A DNA stretch of 64,000 nt from Podarcis pityusensis. Taxonomy: Eukaryota. Under the pieces are notes generated by a model that saw only the letters and a list, made by a program, of their open reading frames with translations, ran no database searches and had not been told where the DNA came from. The DNA lies in NCBI GenBank assembly GCA_964106645.2, contig OZ067041.1; one strand, given 5' to 3'. Positions 37,360 to 50,138 of the stretch are shown here, in pieces. The position numbers and the translations under genes are program-made. Numbering within the stretch: position 1 is the stretch's first letter; every line of letters starts with the position of its first letter.

Positions 37360-38460
37360 TTTGCCGTGCGATGCTCGTTCAGATTGGAAACCTTGCTCTT
37401 TGTAGATCTGGAGCGAGGCTATTGCTAAAACCAACTGCCGCCGTCGCCCGCGCTCGGAGCTCTCAGGGGGTTTTACATTTTACGGTGCTAACCAGATCCG
37501 TTCCACCGACTTCAAAAAAAAAAGGATGTCGCGGGGCGAGGGAGAGGAAGGAAGCCTACGCGCCTCAGGCGCCCTTTCCCAGCAATTCAGTCTCCTTGAA
37601 GGGCTTCACGCGCGCATTGCATCGGAAGCTATACTTTGATCTGCTAAGGACGGTCGCGCTATTTCCAAGGTCGGTGGGAACCAGGAGAGCAGGGGATTTG
37701 GAAGAAGAGACGAGGGGAGGGAATGCGAAAGCTATTGCAGCCGAGGCGCTATTCTACCAGCGCGGCGAGCAACCCAAATGCCGCCTCCTTCCCTCCGCTT
37801 TCCCCTCCCAGCTTCAGGCAAAGAAAGCTCCTCCTTTTCCTGGTGGGTTTTCTGGCTGTAGCTGCACAGGCGGCGCCGGCTGTTGCTACAGGCGCGGCAG
37901 GCTGTGCGCGTCTCCCTTTCCTCTTCCGAGCGGTTCCGGCGCCCGCGCAGCGCCGCCCTCCTTACGCCAAGGAGGAGGCGCGTTGCCTCCTCATTGCATT
38001 TCTGCAGCCCGACCATGCGGGCGCCGCAGCCCGTGGCATTGCTGGCCTGGGCGCCAAGCAGCTGATTTGTAAAGAGGAGCCGGGAAACCAAACCCAAAGC
38101 GCCCCAAACAGGCTCGGGGGCCGCCGTCGAGGAGCATGTTTCGCGCTTTCTTGGTTCCTTGGCGCGCCGGCGCCGGCGCCGGCGCCGGCTGCTCCTCCTG
38201 CTCGCCGCGTCTGGGTTTCAGGCGTTATGGGAGACTGGCCCTCCTCCGCCTATCAGCCGGCGAAGGTGCTTCAGCTGCTGAAGGCAAGCATCTTCTGGGC
38301 GTCGCTTCCCGGAGCGCAAGGTGCAGCGGTGGTCCGGAGCGCGGGACCAAGTGGATCAAGCCCGCGGGCCGGGACAGCGGGATCCAGGCGTACAACAGCC
38401 TGAGCAGAAGGAAAGAGCCTCTCATCCTGCGAAACGCGGATGTGGTGACTTGGTTAGAAT
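37360..38460 (+). promoter_or_regulatory. CpG island, CARS2 promoter and exon 1
   Basis: Sharp rise in GC and CpG content ending at the first CARS2 donor. Confidence 0.8.
38136..38452 (+). CDS. CARS2: CARS2 exon 1 (mitochondrial targeting peptide and start of catalytic domain)
   Basis: ATG at 38136; ...WIKPAGRDSGIQAYNSLSRRKEPLILRNADVVT TG|gttaga; the start codon is less certain than the 3' boundary. Confidence 0.85.
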
Positions 38461-38728
38461 ACTTAGAAAATTGTGCTCCTATTCCTTTTAATTTATTCCC
38501 CCCCCCCCTTGCCGGGACACCTTCATAGCTAGCAATAAAATGGATAGGTAAATAATAAATAGGTAAATAGGTAAATAAAATGGATTCCTCTCCGCCCCCC
38601 ACCCCCAGCAGTGAAGAGGGTAAAGTCTCACCTTTTGAGATGTTGCAGTTTGTTAGAAACGAAGCTCCCAGGGGAACTAGTAATTAGTAATGCAGTACAT
38701 TTGGGTCCAGCTAAATATTAAAATATTA

Positions 38729-39081
38729 GGACGCATGTGGCGCTGTGGTCTAAACCACAGAGCCTAGGGCTTGGTGATCAGAAGGTCTGTGGTTCGAATC
38801 CCCGCGACGGGGTGAGCTCCCGTTGCTCGGTCCCTGCTCCTGCCAACCTACCAGTTCGAAAGCACGTCAAAAGTGCAAGTAGATAAGTAGGTACCACTCC
38901 GGCGGGAAGGTAAACGGCGTTTCCGTGCGCTGCTTTGGTTCACCGGAAGCAGCTTAGTCATGCTGGCCACATGACCTGGAAGCTGTATGCCGGCTCCCTC
39001 AGCCAGTAAAGCAAGATGAGGGCCGCAACCCCAGAGTCGGCCACGACTGGACCTAATGGTCAGGGGTCCCTTTACCTTTAC
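38729..39081 (+). mobile_element. Sauria SINE (Squam1) in CARS2 intron 1
   Basis: Same consensus as the 5483 copy; ctaaatattaaaa duplicated at 38711 and 39082. Confidence 0.92.
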
Positions 39082-39735
39082 CTAAATATTAAAAACCAGC
39101 AAAAGTTGTGGCACAATCCTTGGGTGCTTTATGTGGAAATAAGTTGGATGGAACTTACAATTAGGTGTGCATAGGATTTATTTGTGGGGTTTTGCTCAGT
39201 AATCCGGCTCACAGCTATACGTGGCGTGCGCTTTTAAAAAGTTGAAACCAGAATTGCACCATGGCATAATGGATACAGACTTTGAGAGAGGTAGAGAAGC
39301 AATTTCTCAGTAGGTGTGTGAGTAAGCAGAAGGCTGAGACATGGTGGAGAACAGGGACACTGAATGGAACAGGTGTGAGTTCAAAAATGGGGAAATTGAG
39401 ATGTTGTGTACCTCTAGGAAACAAGGCAAGGCCAGGAACAGAATAACAAAAAGCTTTAGGCAAACTTGACAGAGGAGGCAGCAGTTAAGGAGCGTGGGCA
39501 AGGACCGAGTCCAGGAACCTTGTATTGTTTGCTTAACAAAGACTTGTTTTTTCCCGGGGGGGGGGGCGGAATTACCGGTAGTTTTCCCTACTGTGCCTAA
39601 AATGGGCTCCGAGTTCAGAGGTCATGTGCTTCACCCTCCTTATTCAGCTGTGTAATGGTTGATGTGAATTTTGAAACTGATCATTAGGTAACGCCTTCTG
39701 GTGTTTTTCTTAGTAGATCTTAATTTTATTCACAG

Positions 39736-39786
39736 GTATAGCTGTGGACCTACTGTCTATGACCATGCACACCTTGGACATGCTTG
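39736..39786 (+). CDS. CARS2: CARS2 exon 2
   Basis: cacag|G TAT...; YSCGPTVYDHAHLGHA (HIGH motif, Zn-binding Cys); TG|gtaag. Confidence 0.96.
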
Positions 39787-40265
39787 GTAAGCCTTCACAT
39801 GCTAAAATTTCATATTTTTTTTGTCGGAATTAGTTCTGCACCAGCCGGCTTCAATATAGACTCTTATTTTGTGTAGTAGATACTCTTCTTATGAGTACAT
39901 TAGCATCAAGCTGTTTTTCAGCAGAGAGCAGGAATACTAGAATTGTAATCCTGAGGAGTTAGCCAAGTGCAAGCTATCAGCATCCTGCAGAATAAGAAGT
40001 GTAGTTAAATGCACCCAAGTGAGGCTTGGAAGAAAAGATAGGGGGGAAAGTCAGCCTGGCATGGAGAAAAATTCACTTCTGAGATCCAAAATATGATGGG
40101 TCACTGTGCCTCAAGCTTTAACAAGGTGTTCGTCTTTCTGCTGAGGCTTCTGAAGCAAAAAATAAAATAAAATCCTAGCTTCAGTATGTCTACTTAACAT
40201 AAAACCAACCTGTTTCATATCCGACTGGGGCCCGTAATACATGTGCCTTTCCCCCTCTCTTTCAG

Positions 40266-40383
40266 CTCCTATGTTAAATTTGATATAATTCGAAGAATAC
40301 TGACAAAGATGTTTGGAAAGGAAGTCGTCATGGTGATGGGGATTACAGATATAGATGACAAAATAATTAAGAGAGCCAGTGAG
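40266..40383 (+). CDS. CARS2: CARS2 exon 3
   Basis: [39 protein letters not shown]|gtaagt. Confidence 0.96.
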
Positions 40384-40501
40384 GTAAGTGTATATAGTTC
40401 AGCTTGCTTTTTGGTTCGCAATCCAGTGGATTTTACAAATGTGCTGTATTGTACTGTTTGCATTATAGCCAGTCTGGGTAGGCTGTGAAATGAAACGGAT
40501 A

Positions 40502-40768
40502 CCGTGGACGCTCGGGTTGCAGGATGCACGTTCACAACCCGCAGCGTTCACAACCCACAGCGGTGCGTCTGCGCATGTGCAGGTTGCGATTCGGCACTTC
40601 TGCGCATGCGCAAAGTGTAATTTAGTGCTTTTGCGCGTGCGCGACCCCTGAAACCCGGAAGTAACCTGTTCTGGTACTTCTGGGTTTAGGCAGGTCCGTA
40701 ACAAAAACAAAAATAAAACAAACAAAAAACCCCGCAACCTGAAGCGTCTGTAACCCGAGGTATGACTG
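40502..40768. mobile_element. Tc1/mariner MITE
   Basis: TA-flanked, ends taacccgaggtatgactg|TA; sister copy at 45943-46193. Confidence 0.85.
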
Positions 40769-41099
40769 TATTGCATGGCAGGATCAAAATTTGGGAGATT
40801 TGCAGACTCTCTCTATCTTTTTGTAGGTGAAAAGTTCTGCTAGGCCTCAGCCAAACAAGAGAGAGGCTTCTCTCAGTTGCAGTTAGGAGATCTGTCCCCA
40901 TGCCTGTCCCTCTTGAAGTAAATTTCCATCTCCTACCTTAACCTCTGTTAAGTAATACAGCTGTGGCAGTGTTAGCTGTGATAAAGGAATGAAGGCGCTG
41001 GATAGGAATGCCTCTGAAGGAGGAAGTGTGTATTTTGGGATTTCTCTGAGATCCATCACTGTCACTAGTGATGGATCAGGTGACATCAGTGGTTAAGCA

Positions 41100-41600
41100 C
41101 ACACATTGCCAGTTTTGACTGGTGCAACCATTCCTGGAGAGGGATAGCCTTGCTGCAGTAGTTTATGCATGGATAACCTCACAATTAGACTACTGTGATG
41201 TGCTATTTGTGGGGCTGCCCTTGTACCTGGTTTGGAATTTGCAGCAAGCACCAAATGCAGCAACTATAGTGCTTGGTGGGACACCAAGCTATATACATGT
41301 TACACCAGTGTTGAAAGATGTGCAGTGGCTATTAGCTACTGAGCCATGTTCAGAAGGATGTGGTTGCTGTTATTTAAAACTTTGGGAACCATAATATTCT
41401 GCAGACTGCATCCCCAGGTACAGACCAAGTCAATCTTTTAAGCTGTTCAAAGAAGAGCCTGCCAGTTGTTCTGTGACCAGTTAGTTGTTACTTGTTGACA
41501 ATGCTTAAGAAGTGAGTCTTCTTGGCGATAGCACCCGTCCGTGGGTTATTTGTGAGGCAGAAACGGCAATACCTTTGAATGCTTCTTTAAGATTATGTTC
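41100..41600 (+). mobile_element. Degenerate L2 LINE ORF2 fragment
   Basis: ITSQLDYCDVLFVGLP...LQQAPNAA...HVTPVLKDVQWL resembles the L2 ORF2 C-terminal domain. Confidence 0.75.
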
Positions 41601-41608
41601 ACCTAAAC

Positions 41609-41744
41609 CAGGCACCCCCAGACTCGGCCTTCCAGATGTTTTGGGACTACAATTCCCATCATCCCTGCCCACTGGTCCTGTTAGCTAGGGATGATGGGAG
41701 TTGAAGTCCCAAAACAGCTGGATGGCCAAGTTTGGGGATGCCTG
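41609..41744. mobile_element. Palindromic hAT MITE, about 136 bp
   Basis: caggca...tgcctg ends, internal ggactacaattcccatcatccct / agggatgatgggagttg palindrome, TSD acctaaac/atctaaac. Confidence 0.88.
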
Positions 41745-42942
41745 ATCTAAACTTTCCTGGACTTCTTAATGTTTATTTTGTTTTGTACAATGCTTGATTT
41801 TTCTTTGTGCTATACAGTTTTGTGTTCTTACCACATTGTTAGGAACTTTAATTGGTGGTAGTGATTGTCATTTTTTTATAGCTTTTGCGTAAACCACCTA
41901 GAGATTTATATACATATGTTATATAGAGAGAGTGTGTACTGTGGTATACTTTTAAAATTAATAAATAATAACCAGGATTCCCACTTAACAAGGATTGGAA
42001 ATCATTATCACATTTTAAAGGTTCTCTTCCAGTTATCTGTCACAATTCTACCCAGATACCCCAGTGCCATCAAATGCTAACCTACCTAAATGCAGTTAAA
42101 CCAGTTCTATCCTTGCAATTCAGTAATTTTTTTCTGTTTCCCCATCTGCCCAATTTTCTGTCCTAACATTTGGCATAATATATTGGCATTGAGCAGCTCA
42201 GTTTTTGTATGATGGGAATTTCTGGAACATTTAAATGTAGTAACTTGAGTTGTTGACGTATGGTGCCTCTTGTACCATATGGGGGGGGTCCTCCAAGCTT
42301 TCGTCCATACAGTACTTAACATTTTTACTTGTCGCTCATAGTTCCTTCTTTCCCACCAGCTCTGAAGGGGAAGATCCAAAGTACTGAAAAATACTTTTTA
42401 AAACATAAGCAAATAATAATAATCCCCAGGCTGCTTCCTGCCTGATCCCAGATCAGCCTTCTCCAGCTTGGTGTTTGTGCTGGCTGGAGTTGATGGGGAG
42501 TTGTGGTTAGAAACATATAGAGAGTACCTGGCTGGGAAAGACTGTCCCAAACAATTTGGGATCCTGTGGGCAGCATAATGATGTCACATAGACAATACAA
42601 TTTGGTTTTGTGGTGATTCCCCCTCTGGGCTGACTTTCTGGTGATGCAAAGGAGTTAAAACCAAGGGAATTCCTTCAAAATGATAAACACTTGTTTTTGT
42701 AGGCCTCAGCCCCAAACAGTAATCAAAACAAGTGGGGGTGCTGTGGGGCAAGGGGGGCATATCGCTCCATTACCAGTCTAGTTTGGCCCGTTTTGAAGTG
42801 TTTCAAGGAATTTCCCTGAATGTTTGGGCTTTTTGTTGTTGTCAGGGCTCCGGAGAGCTGTTACCTGTCATTCCTGTTTGACTATGAATGGGGGTATTTT
42901 TAATTCTGTGTTTGAAATTGAAGCTACCTTTAGATTAAGGGG

Positions 42943-43313
42943 GGGACACGGGTGGCGCTGTGGGTTAAAATCTCAGCGCCTAGGACTTGCCGATCATATG
43001 GTCGGCGGTTCGAATCCCCACGGCGGGGTGAGCTCCCATCGTTCGGTCCCAGCTCCTGCCCACCTAGCAGTTCAAAAGCACGTCAAAGTGCAAGTAGATA
43101 AATAGGGACCGCTTTATAGCGGGAAGGTAAACGGCATTTCTGTGTGCTGCGCTGGTGCTGGCTCGCCAGCTGCAGCTTCGTCACGCTGGCCACGTGGCCC
43201 GGAAGTGTCTTCGGACGGCGCCGGCTCACGGCCTCTTGAGCAAGATGAGCACGCAACCCTAGAGTCGGACACGACTGGCCCGTACGGGCAGGGGTACCTT
43301 TACCTTTACCTTT
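42943..43313 (+). mobile_element. Sauria SINE, divergent subfamily
   Basis: Same head and (ACCTTT)n tail, but the 3' body differs from the other copies. Confidence 0.88.
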
Positions 43314-43497
43314 TTAAAGGATGCCCCCCCCCCAAAAAAAGATCAGTTCCCTTCTCCCTTGATATGTAAGATTGTTGCGCTCCTCAGGCTAGCAGTTAAT
43401 GTGGCTTATTGGTTTTATCTTGGATTTCTTTTCTCTCCTTCAGTTCGCTATTAACTAACTGATCAAACAAATTTACCTGTGCGTTCCTTTCTTACAG

Positions 43498-43569
43498 ATG
43501 GGCATATCACCAGTGTCTCTTGCTCGCTTTTATGAGGAGGACTTCAAGCAAGACATGGATGCTTTAAAG
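43498..43569 (+). CDS. CARS2: CARS2 exon 4
   Basis: MGISPVSLARFYEEDFKQDMDALK|gtacag. Confidence 0.95.
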
Positions 43570-43818
43570 GTACAGATATTTCCTCTAATATGGAAGACAT
43601 CTTTTATTTGTTGGAAAAGATGCCTGGGCAGTGCTGGACCTCTTCCTTGGTCTGTTGAACTAATTGCCTATGCATATTTAGGTGTCTCCCCAACTTCATT
43701 GATGCTTCCTGTGAACTTGGTGTTCTTTTTGTTATTCTATCGACCAGGTAACACTTAAACCTGCTGCTGGTAGTCCACATTTATTAATCAAAGCTGATGA
43801 CTTCTTTTAAATTTTCAG

Positions 43819-43924
43819 GTTCTACCTCCTACAATATATATGAGAGTGACTGAAAATATTCCTCAGATCATTTCTTTTATACAGCAGATCATTGCTAGCG
43901 GGCACGCTTATGCAACATCGAAAG
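43819..43924 (+). CDS. CARS2: CARS2 exon 5
   Basis: [36 protein letters not shown]|gtaaa. Confidence 0.95.
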
Positions 43925-44065
43925 GTAAATCTTCTGAACAATGCAATTGCATGTTAATTAGTGTAGAAGAAATTTTTTTGTCTGGTTTTTTTCTTCATGT
44001 TGCCTTGAATACGTCTTGTCCAGCTGTTAAATAGCAAATGCAGAGTTAATGTAACTATTAACTTT

Positions 44066-44175
44066 GAGCCATTGTGGCCTAGTAGTTAAGAGTGGCAGAC
44101 GAGGACCTGTGAGAGCAGGGTTCAAATCCCTAGTCAGCCAGGAAGTTCATTGAGTGACCTTGGGCCAGTCCACTT
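44066..44175 (+). mobile_element. Old tRNA-derived SINE 5' fragment
   Basis: gtggcctagtagttaagag ... gggttcaaatcc ... gtgaccttgggccagtc. Confidence 0.65.
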
Positions 44176-44310
44176 TGGCAGATGATTCCACATGCAGCTT
44201 GCTTCGTTTATGTGATCAGCATAGGGGTACCATCTCCCCATGGTTGCTGGCACTGTTCAGTACCTGCGTGGTGGTGTGCTGGGTGCATAAATATAGAGGA
44301 ATGTGTAAAT

Positions 44311-44446
44311 CAGGGTTTCCCAAACTTGGGTTTCCAGCTGCTTTTGGACTACAACTCCCATCATCCCTAGCTAGCAGGATCATTGGTCAGGGAGGATGGG
44401 GATTGTAGTCCAAAACCAGCTGGAGACCCAAGTTTGGGAAACTCAG
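44311..44446. mobile_element. Palindromic hAT MITE
   Basis: cagggtttcccaaacttggg ... cccaagtttgggaaactcag; TSD gtgtaaat/gtgtagat. Confidence 0.88.
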
Positions 44447-44653
44447 GTGTAGATTTTCTCCTTAATCCAAGGATAGTCAGCAGGGTGTCCTCCAACTCCC
44501 ATCAGCTCCAGCCAGCACAGTCAACCTTCAGGGATGATGAGAATTGTGATCCAACAACTTCTGTTGAGCACTACATTTGCTACCCTTGCCTTAAATCAGT
44601 AGGCCTAATCGCTTCCATCTTTGTAATAAGACCAAACTGTTTATTTCCGACAG

Positions 44654-44737
44654 GTAATGTTTATTTTGATGTCCGTTCTAGGGGAGACAGATACGGAAAG
44701 CTAATGCAGGTTTACCCTGACACCCAAGAGGAACCAG
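44654..44737 (+). CDS. CARS2: CARS2 exon 6
   Basis: GNVYFDVRSRGDRYGKLMQVYPDTQEEP G|gtaag. Confidence 0.95.
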
Positions 44738-45157
44738 GTAAGTTAACAAAAGCTGTGTTGGCTTCTGCATGAATTATGGAGGCTTTGTATGTATTCTATG
44801 CAAAAAGTATATAATACATAGAAAGGAGGCTAGTAGCCCTGTTTTAACTTGGTTCTGTGTAAGCCAGGGTTGCTAAGCTGTAGCACATGGGCTGCATCTG
44901 GCTCCTAAAGAGTATTTTGTGGAACCTCCCAGTTTTAAATTTAATTTGTACAGGTTATTTATAACTGCTTCCATAAGTACATCAGTGTGGTGCTCTGGAC
45001 AACCCCTGCACCCATGTGTGTCCATTTTTATTAAAAACAAAAGCTGACAGCTCCCACAGAGATGCCCTCCTAGTGGTGCAGCCATAAAACTTCTAGCCCA
45101 TTTGCAAAGTTAAGCAGGGTCCAGTATGTTTTTAAATTGGATGGAGGACTATGTGTT

Positions 45158-45235
45158 GAGATTCCTTGCATTGCAAGGGGTTGAATTTGACGACCCTCGA
45201 GTTCTCTTCCAACTCCTACAATTCTATGATTCTGA
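45158..45235 (+). mobile_element. CR1 3' tail fragment
   Basis: ttccttgcattgcaaggggttg...ttccaactc...attctatgattct. Confidence 0.7.
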
Positions 45236-45464
45236 TTCCCCTGCTGTGATTTGGTGATGCTCCCCTCAGGTGACCCCACTCCCCAAATATTTGGCCTTTA
45301 AAATTGCACTGAAAGTGGCCTAAGGCCTAGTGGCAGGTCTTGAGACGCGCTAGTGAGACATATGAAGCTGTCCAGATTACTTACGGAATATAGCAGAGAT
45401 CTCTTTTACACACTTAACTCATTCCGAGCATCTTTGTTAATGCGTCACCCCTTGTTATTGGCAG

Positions 45465-45594
45465 CCGACAGCGATAAGCGTAACGTGAAGGATTTCGCTC
45501 TTTGGAAGGCAGCCAAACCTCAAGAGACGTGCTGGGGTTCTCCCTGGGGGAACGGAAGGCCTGGCTGGCACATTGAGTGTTCAACGATATCAAG
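45465..45594 (+). CDS. CARS2: CARS2 exon 7
   Basis: [42 protein letters not shown]; Cys[12 protein letters not shown] motif. Confidence 0.96.
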
Positions 45595-45942
45595 GTCAGC
45601 CGGTCTGGACTTCTTCGTCTTTGTTTTTTTATGAGCATGCATTAGAAAGCGATTGACATGTGAATCACGGAGGGTTTCTGTTGAAAACAGTTTAAATTTT
45701 TAATAAGTGACAATTAATGGCAATTGCAGTTTGAGGGAGAAAGCAAATAATGAAATCACATTTTAAGGACAGCTCTTCTGAGTGGAAGGGCTGCAAACTA
45801 AAGGCAGTAACATCTGATGCCTTTGTAGCCCACATCTTGCGCTTGCTTCGATGCGCTGTGGCAAGTCAGGAGAGCACACCAATACGAGAGATGCAATGAT
45901 CCTACAGGGGAGCCAAGCCGGTGATTCCTAAACTGCGGTTTA

Positions 45943-46193
45943 CAGTGGACGTTCAGGTTGAGAACATGATCCGTGCGGGATGCATATTCGCAACCCGCAG
46001 TGTTCGCAACCCGCATCTGTGCATGCACGGATTGCGATTTGGCGCTTCTGCACATGCGCAAAGCGTGATTTAGCGCTTCTGCGCATGCACGACCACCGAA
46101 ACCCGGAAGTAACCCGTTCTGGTACTTCTGGGTTTCGACGGTCCGCAACCCAAAAAAAGCAACCTGAAGCGTCTGTAACCCAAGGTATGACTG
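45943..46193. mobile_element. Tc1/mariner MITE
   Basis: TA|cagtggac ... ggtatgactg|TA; same family as 40502-40768. Confidence 0.85.
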
Positions 46194-47717
46194 TACAATG
46201 TTATTTTAGGCAGTCTGCAAAGCCAGAGTAGAAACAGAGAGAGAAGCTGGCACACTTAAGGCTTCCTGCAAGCAAAGCAATCTGGTTAGCCCTTGTGAGA
46301 GGAGGATACTGAGCTATCCTGAGCCATTGGCCTGATCCAGCAGGTTCTTCTTACTTTGACTTATCTGGAGTTTATGGCGGTGAATGTCGAACAAAATGGC
46401 AGCTCCTACGGTCTGTGCATCTGTACTTGGAACACACAAGGTGACATCATTTTTAGGTGACAGATAGGCGAATGTCTTAGGGGTCTAGGACAAGTCTTTG
46501 TAGACCTAGGAGTGCTTCCCTCTTCTCCACTTCATGCTGTCTGTTCAGTTCAGCTGGATTGGGGTCCCCAAAGCACTTCAACTCAGAAGCCATTTCAAAA
46601 ACACCTTCTAATGTAGTTCATGGAAAACAAGGGAGCGGAACAAGTAGTCCTCAACACGCAAAGTTTTAAGAAGCATTTGGCTGAATATATTTTCTTTACT
46701 GAGAACAAATTGTAAACCGCTTAGTCAATAAAATATCTATAAGCAATATAAAATAATGATCAGTGTTGTTGTCCTCGGTCTGTCTTGAGAGACAATGGAG
46801 ATAGGTAGTCTTTGACAATCTGGAAGCTGGACCAAGGCTGCAGTTCCTCTGCTGTCTCAGTTAAACTCTTTGGGGCTGAGATTACAGTGTTTAATAAGGG
46901 TAAGGCCACTTCCATCTAGAGGTAAATGGAAGTACTGCAGCATTCAAGTAAGTGGCTCAATTTAATGCCATCCCTTTATATGTGTGCAAGGGAGCAGAGA
47001 ACAGGCACCTCGTACTGTATGGAACGCCAAACACTTTGTTAACGGAGCTCAGCTTGCTGGTTAATTTGGCAATAATGAATGACGACATCCAGAACTATTG
47101 TGCTGCAGTTGCATCTGCTTCTGCCTTATTGAAACGCTTGTGCACAATTGCTGCTGGTTGCAACTGTGGTTGCCTTGGTCAAACATTACATTTGCTGATG
47201 CATACCCAGGGATGCATGGGACTTCTTGCATAGGAGGAAAAACTTGCTGCACAGACTGTCCCTCTGTTGCTCTTATTCTGCAAAAAACACCACGGCCGAT
47301 TGAAATCAATCTTAGAATCCTGGAAAACCACACTTTGCAAGGTGCTCCTCTTAAACTGGCTTGCCTTGTAATGTTTTAAAAAATCTTTCTGCTTATTTGG
47401 AGTGAGATCGGAACAGATTGGTAAAGTGCCATTATTGATCTGCTCCTGTGGATTGAACACAAATACAGTGCTTTTTTTCAGCGCTTCTGAAAAAAATAAA
47501 TCAAAGAATATGACACACACACACACTTCATTTGGCTAATAGAAAACCTATATATAGATGATTCCTTGTATGATAAACTTAAGCTGATGTAGTGGTTTGA
47601 ATAAATTCCAGAGCTGGCTCCCAATTCTTCTCTTTACTGAACTGTAACAGGAATGTCTTTCTCTGTCTTTTTTCTCCTCCCCCCCAAACTCCCACTCATT
47701 GATTGCTTTTGTTGTAG

Positions 47718-47851
47718 TCTGGTGTTTGGAGGACATTTGGATATCCACACTGGTGGAATCGATCTTGCATTTCCTCATCACGAAAACGAAATTGCTCAGT
47801 GTGAAGTTTATCATCAGTGTGAACAATGGGGAAATTATTTTCTACACTCTG
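47718..47851 (+). CDS. CARS2: CARS2 exon 8
   Basis: [45 protein letters not shown]|gtaag. Confidence 0.96.
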
Positions 47852-48382
47852 GTAAGTGCTTAAATAAACCCTTTTTTTGCTTTTGACGTCCCTAGCATTC
47901 CATTTCATTCAGTTACGCCGATCCGGACAAAATCAAGTTTTTAAAGGTAACCATTTAATGAACATAATTACCGCATGTCGTAACTTAATTTTGATTCTCT
48001 TTATCTGTTCTTCTGTTACCTCTCAGTGCCTGACAAACACAGTTTGCTTATTGAGACTACAGAAGTTACTTGTGTATTGCACTACTCTGCAATATGGGGT
48101 GTGTGTAAGTTTATGTTGGGCTTTTCTGAATGAGTCAGCACAATATTTTGGAGTCTCTCCAAGCCATCTTCCTACTAGGGATCAGCTGTGGCGGCATAGA
48201 AGTGGCCTGTGCAATTGGATTGACTCACAGACCGAGCTCAGTACAAATATGAACTTGGATCCTGTGATCTGTGAATAAGGATTTTAATTCCATTTATTAG
48301 TTGCAACATAAGGAGTCTCCAAACTTCCAAAATTTTAAGATCATAAAGCAAATCAGAAGAACAATTTCTGTATGTTACATAT

Positions 48383-48734
48383 TAAAGCCCTAAACGGCCT
48401 CGGCCCAGTATACCTGAAGGAGCGTCTCCACCCCCATCGTTCTACCCGGATACTGAGGCCCAGCTCTGAGGGCCTTCTGGCGGTTCCCTCATTGCGAGAA
48501 GCAAAGCTACAGGGAACCAGGCAGAGGGCCTTCTCGGTAGTGGCGCCCGCCCTGTGGAACGTCCTCCCATCAGATGTCAAAGAGATAAACAACTACCTGA
48601 CATTCAGAAGACATCTTAAGGCAGCCCTGTTCAGGGAAGTTTTTAATGTGTGACATTTTAGTGTATTTTTGGTTTCTGTGGAAGCTGCCCAGAGTGGCTG
48701 GGGAAACCCAGCCAGATGGGCGGGGTACAAATAA

Positions 48735-48773
<39 letters not shown>
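48383..48773 (+). mobile_element. L2 LINE, 5'-truncated
   Basis: KALNGLGPVYLKERL...RAFSVVAPALWNVLP...FRRHLKAALF, followed by (TTA)n tail. Confidence 0.92.
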
Positions 48774-48774
<1 letters not shown>

Positions 48775-49897
48775 TTAAAGGCATACAATAACCCATAGAA
48801 AAGACCCAATAAAACAGCAGCAGATCTTCAGCAGCAAAGTAATAGCAAGAAATAGCAAAATCACCATCAGCCACCAGCTGCCTGGAAAAAGAGAGAAGTT
48901 AATGATGGCACTATGTGGACTTCACTGGGGAGAGGATTCCACTATCGGGGAGCTGCAACAACAGACCCTCTCAATGGTACCCTTGAACCTCCCTCTATAG
49001 CCCCATTAATGCCTCTTTGGAGTTGGGGGACCCAAGCGAACAGTGTGGGATAGGAGGTGAGCTGTTGGTGGTTGTGGGAACTTACCCAAAATCTTGAAGA
49101 GGAACCTTGTATGAATGGAGCTACAAGTTCCTCTGCCTGATTTTGGGTCACCTTTTCAGTGCTGCCCCCCTATGCTCTTTCCCACATTGCTCAGGAAAGT
49201 TCCCCAACCCTCTGGATAGCCCTTTTGGAAGCTGTGGGTGGTGGGGAGAAGAAAGAGGACAAGTCCTCTTAGGTGGACTTCTTTCCATTTGTGGTTTTCA
49301 AGATGGAGGCTGTTGTGCCCTCCTGTGTGAAGCTCTCCTCCTCTTCAGCAGCCTTCGGATGGGGCACATGACATTTGATTTGGCCCTCTGAGGGGAGTGG
49401 AAGGGAGAGAGGGAGCATGGTGTCTTCTGTAAGGGGAATTACATATCCCTGTCCTTGTTCATGTGGACGTTACCAGATCAGGGCCCAAGGTGCCTTTGTC
49501 CTACCACAAATGTTAGGAAGGAGCATTCTGGGATATTTTCACATCACATCTCTTCTTGGAGTGGGAAAAGTAAGGAGAATAGTTGTGCTCATAAAATGTG
49601 CGCATGAATTGACGAGAGTAAGGCAAGCCCTTCTGAAAAAGAGTTGTCTCATGTGTGTCTTTATTTGTGAATGTGTCTTAGGCATTGGTTTATTTTAAGC
49701 CTGTTGATGCGAGGGCAGATTTAGCTTCTTTTAAGTATCTCAGTAGTACCTTTTCTTGTAACAGTATGAAACAAATAAATACCCAAATGGTGAAATTTCA
49801 ACAAGCAGTCAGCCTGGTTCAAACCATTTTTACTCTTTTTGCAGAGTTGAGTCATTATTTCTGATTAATGGTTTTCCCTGTTCCTATAATATATATA

Positions 49898-50138
49898 CAG
49901 TGGTACCTCGAGTTACAAATGCCTCAGGTTACAAACACGTCAGGCTACAAATTCCGCTAACCTGGAAGAGTTACCTTGAGTTGAGAACTTGGCTCCAGGA
50001 TGAGAACAGAAATCATGTGCCAGCGGTGCAGTGGCAGCAAGAGGCCCCATTAGCGAATGCATGCCTCTAGTTAAGAACAGTTTCAGGTTAAGAACAGACC
50101 TCTGGAATGAATTATGTTCATAACTAGAGGTACCACTG
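49898..50138. mobile_element. Tc1/mariner (Tigger-like) MITE
   Basis: TA|cagtggtacctc ... gaggtaccactg; family of 27538-27759. Confidence 0.88.

Noticed and set aside
37371-38097. 233-aa and 121-aa ORFs upstream of CARS2
   Set aside because: Expected in GC-rich DNA; no homology that I recognise.
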